The notes beneath the pieces are model-generated. The model was not told the origin of the DNA. It saw only the letters and a program-made list of their open reading frames with translations, and did not search any database. A DNA stretch of 64,000 nucleotides. Origin: Candidatus Campbellbacteria bacterium GW2011_OD1_34_28 (GTDB lineage: Bacteria > Patescibacteriota > Minisyncoccia > Phycocordibacterales > UBA12079). The position numbers and the translations under genes were made by a program. Where the stretch lies: assembly GCA_001029775.1 (NCBI GenBank), contig CP011215.1:187187-251186 (forward strand). The letters run 5' to 3'. Shown piece after piece: positions 48,965-58,206 of the stretch (its first letter is position 1; each line of letters begins with the position of its first letter).

Positions 48965-49450
48965 TTAAAAACTATTTTTGTTTGATTTGTATTTGATACA
49001 AACTTTTCTAAATGCTCCCACTCCAGATGATTCTGTTTCTATGTTTTCTTGATCTGCCAATACAGAGTGCACGATCATTCTCTCAAAAGAAGACATTGGA
49101 TCCATCTCTACATCTCTTTTAAAGAAGACTGCTTTTTCTGCCATTTCCAAAGCTTTATTTTTTATCTTTTCTATATTTTTTGTTTGATAGTCATTTACAT
49201 CAATAAAAAAGTTTATATTTTTTATATCTTCGTCTTTTCCTCCTTTGACAATTTGTTTAACGAGATAGTTGAGAGCTTTTATATTGTTTCCTTCATTTCC
49301 AATCAAGATGCCAGAGTCAGAAGATTTTACTGCAAATCTAAAATTATCATTTCCATCGTCGCAAATTGTAACATTTTCAAAATTAACAGTAAGCCTGCTT
49401 AACATTTCCTCGATAATTTTCTTTATTTTGTTATTTGCTTCGTTTTCCAT
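48965..49450 (-). CDS. jag: Jag/KhpB-like KH-R3H RNA-binding protein (short form)
   Basis: ILIGNEG KH loop, DVNDY, PMSSFERMIVH R3H motif; downstream of yidC. Confidence 0.85.
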   Translation of the reverse strand: MENEANNKIKKIIEEMLSRLTVNFENVTICDDGNDNFRFAVKSSDSGILIGNEGNNIKALNYLVKQIVKGGKDEDIKNINFFIDVNDYQTKNIEKIKNKALEMAEKAVFFKRDVEMDPMSSFERMIVHSVLADQENIETESSGVGAFRKVCIKYKSNKNSF

Positions 49451-49452
49451 AA

Positions 49453-50193
49453 TTATTTGTTTTCTGCTTTGACGGTTTTTCTAATATATAATTCTTGAAC
49501 TATCATAAACAGGTTGCTTGTTATCCAATATAATGCAACAGCGGAAATTAGTCCATAGGCAATAATAAAAATTATTACAGGCATTACATATTTCATTTGT
49601 AGTTGCATATTTTTAACCAAATCGTCTTTAAATGTATTTTGATCGGCTGGTTTGTCATTCTTTTTTTGTCCTGACATAACCAGTCTTATTTGGAAAAATT
49701 GAGAAATTCCAGCAAGCAAAGCCAAGATAAAGCTTTTTTGAGTTATATCAAAAAATCCTAAAAATGTGACATTATCAATATGTGCGGGTGCTTTTATGAA
49801 AGAATATAAAATATCAAAATTTACATCAGGCAGACCTCCTTTCAAGAAAACAAAATAAAGAGCAAATAGAATAGGGAGTTGGACCAAAATAAGAAAGAAA
49901 CTCGCAAAAGGATTTATTTTGTATTCTTTATACAAATCCATTATTTTTCTTGCTTGAGTTTCTTTATCTTTTTCGTATTTTTTTCTGATTTCATTTACAA
50001 GAGGGTCTATTTCCTTAACCTTTAATTGGGTTTTGATGGATTCTTTTGTAAGTGGAAAAACAATCAATTTTACTACGAGAGTTACTATAACTACCGCAAT
50101 TCCCAAATCCATCCAAGGAAAGAAAGACACTAAAAATACCAATCCATTATAAATTGGATTATAAAAAATTGTGTGAAATATATAAGAAAACAT
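49453..50193 (-). CDS. yidC: Membrane protein insertase YidC/Oxa1
   Basis: LYKEYKINP, LVQLPIL, ALYWITSN. Confidence 0.92.
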   Translation of the reverse strand: MFSYIFHTIFYNPIYNGLVFLVSFFPWMDLGIAVVIVTLVVKLIVFPLTKESIKTQLKVKEIDPLVNEIRKKYEKDKETQARKIMDLYKEYKINPFASFFLILVQLPILFALYFVFLKGGLPDVNFDILYSFIKAPAHIDNVTFLGFFDITQKSFILALLAGISQFFQIRLVMSGQKKNDKPADQNTFKDDLVKNMQLQMKYVMPVIIFIIAYGLISAVALYWITSNLFMIVQELYIRKTVKAENK

Positions 50194-50228
50194 GAACCTA
50201 TTCTATATTAATAGGTTGTTAAAATCAA

Positions 50229-50558
50229 TCAAAAATATTTTTCGATGATATTTTGAATATCTTTTTCTGTTTCTTGAAAATTTATATTCTCACCTTCTTT
50301 TTTTAAAAAGAAAATAATAGAAACTCCGTCGGGAATATTTTCTAGAGAGTTTCTTATAATAGAGTAGACCCTTCTTTTTAAAAAGTGTCTTTTTATTGAT
50401 CCTTTGATTATTTTTTTAGATACAGCAAACGCAAATTTTTTTTCAGAATTGTCTGTCTTTAATATTTTTATATTAAAATAATTAGAATTTTTAGATGCAC
50501 CATTTTTAAAAACGATATCAAATTCTTCTTTGGTGAGTCTGTTTTTTTTATTTAACAT
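50229..50558 (-). CDS. rnpA: RNase P protein component
   Basis: MLNKKNRL, FAVSKK, KRHFLKRR; position between rpmH and yidC. Confidence 0.88.
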   Translation of the reverse strand: MLNKKNRLTKEEFDIVFKNGASKNSNYFNIKILKTDNSEKKFAFAVSKKIIKGSIKRHFLKRRVYSIIRNSLENIPDGVSIIFFLKKEGENINFQETEKDIQNIIEKYF

Positions 50559-50625
50559 AATTAAAGTATAAGGGATTTAAAAAGCGTTTGTCTATAGACA
50601 AACGCTTTTTTAAAATAAATTTATA

Positions 50626-50760
50626 TTAAACAGATAGCTTTGCTCTACCTTTTCTTCTTCTGTTAGCCAAAACCTTTTTGCCTCCGGGAGTAGATGTTCT
50701 AACCAAGAAACCATGGGTCTTTGCTCGTTTTCTTTTTTTAGGTTGGTATGTTTGTGACAT
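50626..50760 (-). CDS. rpmH: 50S ribosomal protein L34 (not in ORF track)
   Basis: Translated by hand: [44 protein letters not shown]. Confidence 0.95.
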   Translation of the reverse strand: MSQTYQPKKRKRAKTHGFLVRTSTPGGKKVLANRRRKGRAKLSV

Positions 50761-50887
50761 AATGGAAAAGAATACTATATTGGGGATAAAAATGCAAATC
50801 TATACGGATACCACTTGTATTGAAAAAGAATTGTGGTGCTTGATGATTTTGTTTCTTTACATTAATGAAAATTTGGATTCTAATAAG

Positions 50888-50896
50888 TTATCCACA
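50888..50896 (+). promoter_or_regulatory. DnaA box upstream of dnaA
   Basis: TTATCCACA. Confidence 0.7.
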
Positions 50897-50995
50897 CGTT
50901 AATAACATATTAACTAACTCATATCAAGTTTTATATTCCACAAATAGGAATATAATATGAAGTATCAATTTTTTATTCCTAAATAAATAAAAGCC

Positions 50996-52351
50996 ATGTA
51001 TATAACAACTCTCGAAGATAACAAGAAGATCTGGGAAAAAGTTTTGTCGGACGTTGAAATGAGTGTTTCCAAAGCAAATTTTAATACATGGTTTAAAGAC
51101 ACTGATATTATCAAATATGAAAACGGAACGATCTACTTGAGTGTACCAAACGAGTTTGTTAAAAATTGGCTTTCTGAAAAATATCACAAATTTATCCTCA
51201 AATCTCTTAGAGGAATCCAAGAAAACATTAGAAATGTTGATTACATCGTTGTTAGTGGTGCAAAAAAGAAAGAGTTGTCCATGTTAAAGCAATCTATGTC
51301 CATTAATAACGAACTTCCTCTTAATGATTTTTATATAAACAAAGACGACAATTTGAACCCAAAATATATTTTTGATTCTTTTGTTGTGGGTACCTTCAAT
51401 GAATTGGCTCACGCAGCATCTCAGGCAATTATCAAGAAGCAGGGAATTGTATATAATCCTCTTTTTGTATATGGAAATACCGGTTATGGAAAAACACACC
51501 TTATTCAGGCAATTGGAAACCATTTAAAAACATCCGATGATAAAAAAGTTTTTTATGTAACTTCCGAAAAATTTTCTGTTGATTGTGTTAATTCTATTCA
51601 GCAAAATAAATTGAATCAATTTAAAGAAAAATATAGAAAGTATGATGTCTTGATAATGGATGATATTCAATTTATTTCAAACAAGGAAAGATCTCAAGAA
51701 GAGCTATTTCATTTGTTTAATACTCTTTATGATGGAAACAAACAAATTATTTTTTCTTCAGATAAACATCCAAGTTATATTCCAGGATTGGCAGATAGAT
51801 TAAAATCAAGATTTAGCCAAGGAATGATTGTCGATGTTCAAGCACCGGATGCGGAATCTAGAATGGAGATATTGAGAAACAAGTCAAAAATGAACAATTT
51901 TTATTTGGCAGAAGATATCATCAATTTTATTGCAATATCCGTACAAGGCAATATTAGGGATTTAGAGGGTATTTTAAACTCGGTTATTTGCCAGACTCAG
52001 TTGAAGGGAAGAGACTTGAATATGTCAGAAATCAAGAATTTGTTGAAAAACAATGTAAAGCCAAAGAAAAATGTATCCGTTAAAGAAGTGGTAAAGATTA
52101 TTGCGAGCTTCTACAATCTAGAAGAAACTACTATTTACGAAAAGACAAGAAGAAAAGAAGTGGTAAAACCTCGTCAGGTTATCATGTATATTCTGAGAAA
52201 AGATTTCAATGTTTCTTATCCATCAATTGGAGAAAAATTGGGAGGGCGAGATCACACAACCGTTATTCACTCTTGCAAGAAAATAGAAGATGAGTTGAAA
52301 GATAATAATTTGTTGGAACAGGAGTTAGAACAGATTCGCTCAATGTTTTAG
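50996..52351 (+). CDS. dnaA: Chromosomal replication initiator DnaA
   Basis: YNPLFVYGNTGYGKTHL, DDIQF, RDLEG, GGRDHTTVIH. Confidence 0.97.
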   Translation: MYITTLEDNKKIWEKVLSDVEMSVSKANFNTWFKDTDIIKYENGTIYLSVPNEFVKNWLSEKYHKFILKSLRGIQENIRNVDYIVVSGAKKKELSMLKQSMSINNELPLNDFYINKDDNLNPKYIFDSFVVGTFNELAHAASQAIIKKQGIVYNPLFVYGNTGYGKTHLIQAIGNHLKTSDDKKVFYVTSEKFSVDCVNSIQQNKLNQFKEKYRKYDVLIMDDIQFISNKERSQEELFHLFNTLYDGNKQIIFSSDKHPSYIPGLADRLKSRFSQGMIVDVQAPDAESRMEILRNKSKMNNFYLAEDIINFIAISVQGNIRDLEGILNSVICQTQLKGRDLNMSEIKNLLKNNVKPKKNVSVKEVVKIIASFYNLEETTIYEKTRRKEVVKPRQVIMYILRKDFNVSYPSIGEKLGGRDHTTVIHSCKKIEDELKDNNLLEQELEQIRSMF

Positions 52352-52472
52352 AAAGTTTTAAAATTAGCAAATTTCTTCGTCAATTTTATAAAAATAATTT
52401 TCGTCGTATCTGAAATACGCCTCAAATTATTTTTACAAAATTTCCTCGAACTTTATCTAATTTAAAAACTTT
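52352..52472. repeat. Covarying long hairpin, copy 2
   Basis: Same conserved motifs as 20153-20276 with different stems. Confidence 0.85.
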
Positions 52473-52502
52473 TAAATATTTAAATCTTTAAACTATAAAA
52501 AA

Positions 52503-53600
52503 ATGAAATTGGAATGTTCAAAAGAAAAATTGGTGAGAGCAATCTCAAAGGCCGAAAAAATAACTGGTAAAAATTTATCTTTACCTGTTTTGAGTTGTGT
52601 TTTGTTGGATGCAAACAACGGTAACCTAAAAATTTCTTCTACTAATTTAGATTTGGGAATAGAAATAAATGTTCCTGCTAGAGTAGACGAAGAAGGAATC
52701 ACAGCTGTTTCTGGATCTGTATTAGGCAGCCTTTTGTCGAGCGATTTTAAAAGTGAAAAAATAAAACTGGAAACAAAAAATGAAAATTTAAATGTTTTGT
52801 CAGATAGTTATTCAACAATAATAAAATCACAAAATAGTGAAGATTTTCCGACCATTCCTCGTTTAAAGAAAGACAAGGTGATCAACATCGAAAGTAAAAA
52901 ATTGGTTAAGGGATTAAAATCTGTTTGGTATAGTTCTTCAACATCAAATATCAAACCAGAATTATCTAGTATTTTGATCTGTTCAGAATCAAACACAATT
53001 GTTTTTGTTGCGACCGACTCTTTCAGATTGGCAGAAATGAAAATAGACTTCAATTTAGAGGATTTTGAACAAATATTGATACCTTTCAAAAACATACCTG
53101 AAATTTTGCGAGTATTTGATGATGTGGATGGAGATATAAAAATGTACATAACCGAAAATCAGATTGCTTTTGAATATGAAAACATTTATCTCACATCTCG
53201 TGTGATTGACGGAATTTTCCCAGATTATAAACAACTACTTCCAAAAGAATTCAAAACAGAAATTACTGTCTTAAAAGAAGATCTGGTTAATGTATTAAAA
53301 GTAAGTAACATTTTTTCTGACAAATTTAATAAAGTGAGTTTTAGCATCAGTCCCAAAGATAAAAAGTTTGAGATTAGAGCAGTAAATAGTGATGTAGGAG
53401 AGAATGTAAACAGGGTAGATGCTGTTTTGAAAGGGGATGACATCGAGATAAATTTTAATCAAAAATATATAATGGATTGTTTCCAGTCTATTACCACAGA
53501 CAGTTTGGTTTTAAAATTTAATGGTTTGAATAAACCGATGGTCATCAAGAGTGTGCCAGATACTCAGTTTACTTATCTTGTGATGCCAATGAATAAATAA
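52503..53600 (+). CDS. dnaN: DNA polymerase III beta clamp
   Basis: STNLDLGI, VATDSFRLA, FPDY, YLVMPM. Confidence 0.95.
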   Translation: MKLECSKEKLVRAISKAEKITGKNLSLPVLSCVLLDANNGNLKISSTNLDLGIEINVPARVDEEGITAVSGSVLGSLLSSDFKSEKIKLETKNENLNVLSDSYSTIIKSQNSEDFPTIPRLKKDKVINIESKKLVKGLKSVWYSSSTSNIKPELSSILICSESNTIVFVATDSFRLAEMKIDFNLEDFEQILIPFKNIPEILRVFDDVDGDIKMYITENQIAFEYENIYLTSRVIDGIFPDYKQLLPKEFKTEITVLKEDLVNVLKVSNIFSDKFNKVSFSISPKDKKFEIRAVNSDVGENVNRVDAVLKGDDIEINFNQKYIMDCFQSITTDSLVLKFNGLNKPMVIKSVPDTQFTYLVMPMNK

Positions 53601-53605
53601 ATTAT

Positions 53606-53733
53606 TTAAATAATCCCAAATTTAGCGTACTTCTTCGTCACAATTCGCAAAATTTTGTTCGTCGTATCTAAAATACGCCTCACAAAATTTTGCTCTTGTT
53701 CCTCGAATTACATCTAAATTTGAAATTATTTAA
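53606..53733. repeat. Covarying long hairpin, copy 3
   Basis: Same conserved motifs as copies 1 and 2. Confidence 0.85.
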
Positions 53734-53797
53734 GAATAAAAATCTGCGTCAGACTTTTAAATAATTTTAAAAATTTAAATCTTTAAAATTACAATTT

Positions 53798-53827
53798 AAA
53801 AAATCCCAGTTCATGCTGGGATTTTTT
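53798..53827. terminator. Terminator hairpin
   Basis: AAAAAATCCCAG-TTCATG-CTGGGATTTTTT. Confidence 0.7.
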
Positions 53828-53836
53828 GTTTTTAAA

Positions 53837-53989
53837 TTATCTGCATGCAGTGCAGGCGGTACAAGCACAGCAGGCGCTAATTTTGTCAAGATTTTTTGGT
53901 ATTACCTCGAGAGAATGTTTTTCAAAAGGTTTTGTAAAAGCTGAAAAAATTTCTATCCTTGGGTTAAAAATTTTCTTTTCTTTTTTCAC
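53837..53989 (-). CDS. 50-aa peptide with Cys-rich C-terminus (not in ORF track)
   Basis: AGGAGG then GTG; MKKEKKIFNPRIEIFSAFTKPFEKHSLEVIPKNLDKISACCACTACTACR; terminator follows the stop. Confidence 0.65.
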   Translation of the reverse strand: MKKEKKIFNPRIEIFSAFTKPFEKHSLEVIPKNLDKISACCACTACTACR

Positions 53990-54131
53990 AACACGCCTCC
54001 TATGTTTTATTGTGTAACATGAAATACCTTAAAAATCAAAAAAGATCAATATTTACATTTATTATAACAAAGTTATTTTTGGGCACAAACAATAAGTTTT
54101 ATTTTTTATGGTAATATTAAAATAAAGTTTT

Positions 54132-55520
54132 ATGAAATATATTATAGTTAAAAATATCAATAAGAATAATTTAAAGAATTTTTCTGTAAAAATACCACTC
54201 CAAAAATTGGTGGTTATTGTTGGTCCGAGCGGTAGTGGTAAATCAACATTGATTCACGAAGTTTTGTATAAAAATACGATTAAAAAAGAGTGGAATATTA
54301 AAAATTTACCAGAAAAAATTGATATTCTTGAACAAAAAGTTATTTTACCAAAGGATACTAAATTAAGTTTGGGAGAATTTAATTTAAATAAATTAAAAAC
54401 AAAACTTTCAAAGATACAAAAAAATGATTTATTTGTGGTTGATGAGCCGTGTGCAGGATTCTGTAAAAAAGAGAGAGAAAAAATTTTAAAAATGTTGCGT
54501 GAAAAAGTTGATGTAGGATATTCTATAATTGTTGTTGAACACAATAGGGAAATAATTGAAAATGCCGATTATGTTATAGAGCTTGGGCCTGGTGCGGGAC
54601 GTTACGGAGGAAAGTTGATTTTTGAGGGAGATAATAAAAAGTTTAAAAAATCAAAAACAATTACAGCTAAACATATTTTTTCAAAAAGAGAAAAAGAGTC
54701 AGTCCAAAAGGATTTTAGTAAAGAAAAAATAATAACAATTTCAAAAATAAAGAATGATTGTTTTAAAAATTATACTTTTAGTTTTCCTCTAAATAATATT
54801 GTATGTTTGACAGGTTGTTCAGGAGCCGGTAAATCAACTTTGCTAGATGTTGTATATAGAGCTTTGTTTAAAGGAAAAAATGCATGGAAAATAAGATTAA
54901 AAAGTGTAAATATTAATGGAAAGACAAATGTTCGCAGATCATTTATTGTGCCACAGTCTCCAATAGGCAATCACCCATCTAGTACTCTCGCGACTTATAC
55001 AAAAGTTTGGGATAATATCAGAACAATTTTTTCTGATCAAAAAACTTCAAAAAATTTAGGTTTAAAAAAATCAGATTTTGTTGTCTCAAAAAAGATTTTG
55101 GAAGGAAATGCTGATTTTTCAAAAGATGCTTTAAGAGTTTCTTTTCAGGGGAAAAACATTAAAGATGTTTTAAATTTAACTATTGATGAGGCGTTGGAAA
55201 TATTCAAGACGGATACTCTTATAGTAAGAAAACTTAAATTTTTAGAAGAGGTTGGTCTTGGATATTTGGTACTTGGACAAAAATCTGGATCGTTGAGTGG
55301 GGGAGAGGCACAAAGAGTAAGAGTGGCAAATATACTTTCAAAAAAATTAGGAGATAGGTCTGTATATGTTTTTGATACACCTTCTCGAGGTTTGCATCTT
55401 AAAGATATTCCTGTCTTGATTGATGTTTTTAAAAAAATTGTTAATAAAAATAATACTATTCTGATTGCGGATAACAGAGAAGAAATTTTTGATTATTGTG
55501 ATTATAAAATAGAAATTTAA
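54132..55520 (+). CDS. Minimal UvrA-like twin ABC ATPase
   Basis: NNLKN, GPSGSGKST, IVVEHN, ELGPGAGRYGG, GCSGAGKST, VGLGYLVLGQ, LSGGEAQR; zinc fingers absent. Confidence 0.75.
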   Translation: MKYIIVKNINKNNLKNFSVKIPLQKLVVIVGPSGSGKSTLIHEVLYKNTIKKEWNIKNLPEKIDILEQKVILPKDTKLSLGEFNLNKLKTKLSKIQKNDLFVVDEPCAGFCKKEREKILKMLREKVDVGYSIIVVEHNREIIENADYVIELGPGAGRYGGKLIFEGDNKKFKKSKTITAKHIFSKREKESVQKDFSKEKIITISKIKNDCFKNYTFSFPLNNIVCLTGCSGAGKSTLLDVVYRALFKGKNAWKIRLKSVNINGKTNVRRSFIVPQSPIGNHPSSTLATYTKVWDNIRTIFSDQKTSKNLGLKKSDFVVSKKILEGNADFSKDALRVSFQGKNIKDVLNLTIDEALEIFKTDTLIVRKLKFLEEVGLGYLVLGQKSGSLSGGEAQRVRVANILSKKLGDRSVYVFDTPSRGLHLKDIPVLIDVFKKIVNKNNTILIADNREEIFDYCDYKIEI

Positions 55521-55609
55521 AACAAAAAAACTCTCGGAATTTAATTCCGAGAGTTTTTGTTTTGTTTGAAAATTGAAAATTGGTAAATGAAAATTTTATT
55601 AATTTAAAA

Positions 55610-58111
55610 TTAAATCTTTAATTTTAAATTAATAATTGCTTCTCCTTTGTTGTAAAGGCTATCAAAGCCAATTACTTTTAATTCATTGTTGTCTTTAACA
55701 CTATCTATTTCACTAGGTAAAAATGAAAATACATTATTTATTGATGATCCAATCATTTGACCATTTAAGTAGTAATTTACTTTCACTAACGGCACATTGT
55801 TATCATTATTGATAAGAATATTTATTTTTTCATTTGGATCATAAACAGTGTCTTGTCTTGGGGAAATAATACTTATTCTAGGCGCTGTCTCTTGGGTGTG
55901 AATATTGTCATATTCTGTCGGTATATATCCAGAACCATTTGTAAGACCATGTGATGCTACCCATTTTTGAACACCATATTCCCATCGTGAGAATTGTGGA
56001 TCGTTGTAAGCGTTTGAAGGTTTTGGTCCTAAAGGATCATCTTTATCTACCCAATAAAGGATTGAGTGATATTCTTCAATTACTTTTTCCTCTCTAGTTT
56101 CCTCAGGAGTAAATTCTGTTGCTAATTTTCCAGACATTTTGTCTATTATATAAGTTGTTCCTCCTTGCCAAATTCCTCGCATAACAGGTTTCAAAGATTG
56201 GTCATATTTTAAAGGAGGTTCTCTAAAATCTTCGTTAGGATATTTTTTTAGAACTTCTTGCATAAATGCGTTCCAAATAGGAGTAACAATAAATCCAGCA
56301 ACTTTTTTCTCCATCGATGTGTTGTCGTTGTTTCCTGCCCAAACACCTACTGCTACTTGGGGGATATATCCAACCGTCCACGCATCTTTGTAGTCGTTTG
56401 TTGTTCCTGTTTTGCCTGCTACGTCTCTTCCTCCAAAATAAAGAGGAGAGTTTGCTCCGAAAGCAGGAGTTCTTGCTTCATTATCAGACAATATGTTTGA
56501 GATATATAGGGCACTTTTTTCGGGAAGAACTCTTTTCGATTTATCCTCAAATTCTTCCAAAATATTTCCATTTTTATCTTCAACTTTCAAAATTGCCGTG
56601 CTTGGATTTCCTATTCCTTCGTTTGCAAAAACAGTGTAAGCCGTCGTCATATCCAATAGAGAAACCTCTCCACCTCCCAAAACAAGAGTAAGCCCATATT
56701 GTCCTACATTTGTTAGGCTATTTATTCCCATATCTTTTGCTGTCTTAAGAGAATCTTTCAATCCCGCCAAATACAAAACTTTTACAGCGGGTACGTTTAA
56801 TGACTGAGCCAAAGCACTTCTAAATGTCACAGGTCCTCTATAAATGTTGTCGTAGTTTACAGGAGAATAACATCTGTCCGCATATTGAGAGGATGTTGGT
56901 GTTCCATCTGAATTACAATAGGTCGAGAATTCTGTTTTTACGTCAAATACAACAGTGTCTGGTGTGAATCCTTTGTTAAATGCAGTTGCATAAACAAACG
57001 GTTTAAAAGAAGACCCTGGTTGTCTATGAGCTGTAGCCACATTAAAGTTCCCATCTATATCTTCATCAAAGTAGTCTCTTGATCCAACCATTGTGAGAAT
57101 TTGTCCTGTCTTTGCTTCTACCGCAACCAAAGAGGCGTTTTCTGCGTTATAATCTTTTTCGTTTTGAAGAGCCTTTTCTTTTACAATAATCTCAGCTTTT
57201 TCTTGCAAATCGTAATCCAGAGTAGTTATTACCTTGTATCCTCCTGTTGTCAGTACATCTTCACCATATTTTTTCGATAGATATTCTCTAACATACATAA
57301 CAAAGTGGGCTGCTTTTATCCCTTTTGTTTGTTTTGCTCTGAAGGTAATTTTTTCATCTTTTGCTTGGTTATGTTCTTCCTCTGTTATGAATTTATTTTC
57401 AAGCATTTTTTGGAGAACAAGATTTTTTCTTACCTCAAGTCTTTCAGTGTTTTCTCCATAAGGAGAATAGAATGTTGGTGCTTGGGGGATGGCTGCAAGA
57501 TAAGCTGATTCTGCTAGTGACAAATCAGCGGCACTTTTTCCAAAGAAAGATTGACTGGCCTCTTCAACTCCATAAAGATTTCCTCCATAAGGAGCCTCAT
57601 TTAAATAGAGAGTCAAAATATCTTTTTTGGTCAACATTTTTTCTAGTTTGATTGCCAAAACCCACTCTTTTATTTTTCTGGAAATTTTCTTTTCTTTAGT
57701 AAGCACAGAATTTTTAACAACCTGCTGTGTGATGGTAGATCCTCCTTGACTGAAATTTCCTGAAAGAATGTTTGCAAAAATAGCTCTGATAAATGAGGTT
57801 GGTTTTATTCCAGAGTGTTCATAAAATTCTGCATCTTCTATCGCGATTGTTGCATTTTTTATATGATGAGAAATTTCTTCATAAGGGATGATTGTTCTTC
57901 TGATATCTTCGTGCACATCATAAAGCAAAATTTCTCCTGTTCTGTCATAGATTTTTGTTGATTGAGTAACTATTCTTTCTTCAAAGTTGTTTAAATCTGG
58001 TATTTTGAATGTCGAAATCCAAAACATTATTAATGCCGATAAAAGCATCGCTACTGCTAACGATATTAAAATTGTTTCTCTTTTAAAATTAAGGTATTTT
58101 TTTATCTTCAT
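55610..58111 (-). CDS. Class A penicillin-binding protein (PBP1A family)
   Basis: IEDAEFY, GGSTITQQ, RKIKE, QPGSSFKP, SLN, KTGT. Confidence 0.92.
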   Translation of the reverse strand: MKIKKYLNFKRETILISLAVAMLLSALIMFWISTFKIPDLNNFEERIVTQSTKIYDRTGEILLYDVHEDIRRTIIPYEEISHHIKNATIAIEDAEFYEHSGIKPTSFIRAIFANILSGNFSQGGSTITQQVVKNSVLTKEKKISRKIKEWVLAIKLEKMLTKKDILTLYLNEAPYGGNLYGVEEASQSFFGKSAADLSLAESAYLAAIPQAPTFYSPYGENTERLEVRKNLVLQKMLENKFITEEEHNQAKDEKITFRAKQTKGIKAAHFVMYVREYLSKKYGEDVLTTGGYKVITTLDYDLQEKAEIIVKEKALQNEKDYNAENASLVAVEAKTGQILTMVGSRDYFDEDIDGNFNVATAHRQPGSSFKPFVYATAFNKGFTPDTVVFDVKTEFSTYCNSDGTPTSSQYADRCYSPVNYDNIYRGPVTFRSALAQSLNVPAVKVLYLAGLKDSLKTAKDMGINSLTNVGQYGLTLVLGGGEVSLLDMTTAYTVFANEGIGNPSTAILKVEDKNGNILEEFEDKSKRVLPEKSALYISNILSDNEARTPAFGANSPLYFGGRDVAGKTGTTNDYKDAWTVGYIPQVAVGVWAGNNDNTSMEKKVAGFIVTPIWNAFMQEVLKKYPNEDFREPPLKYDQSLKPVMRGIWQGGTTYIIDKMSGKLATEFTPEETREEKVIEEYHSILYWVDKDDPLGPKPSNAYNDPQFSRWEYGVQKWVASHGLTNGSGYIPTEYDNIHTQETAPRISIISPRQDTVYDPNEKINILINNDNNVPLVKVNYYLNGQMIGSSINNVFSFLPSEIDSVKDNNELKVIGFDSLYNKGEAIINLKLKI

Positions 58112-58206
58112 AACATTAAGGATACTAAAAAAAAAGTAACTATACAATAAAGAAATAGAAAAAGAAAGGCTTGAAATTAAAAATAAAACTAAAATGAGAT
58201 GTTATA

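Noticed and set aside
50761-50995. oriC in the rpmH-dnaA gap
   Set aside because: Only one perfect DnaA box, consistent with autoregulation; 34309-34548 fits better, although this is not excluded without a skew calculation
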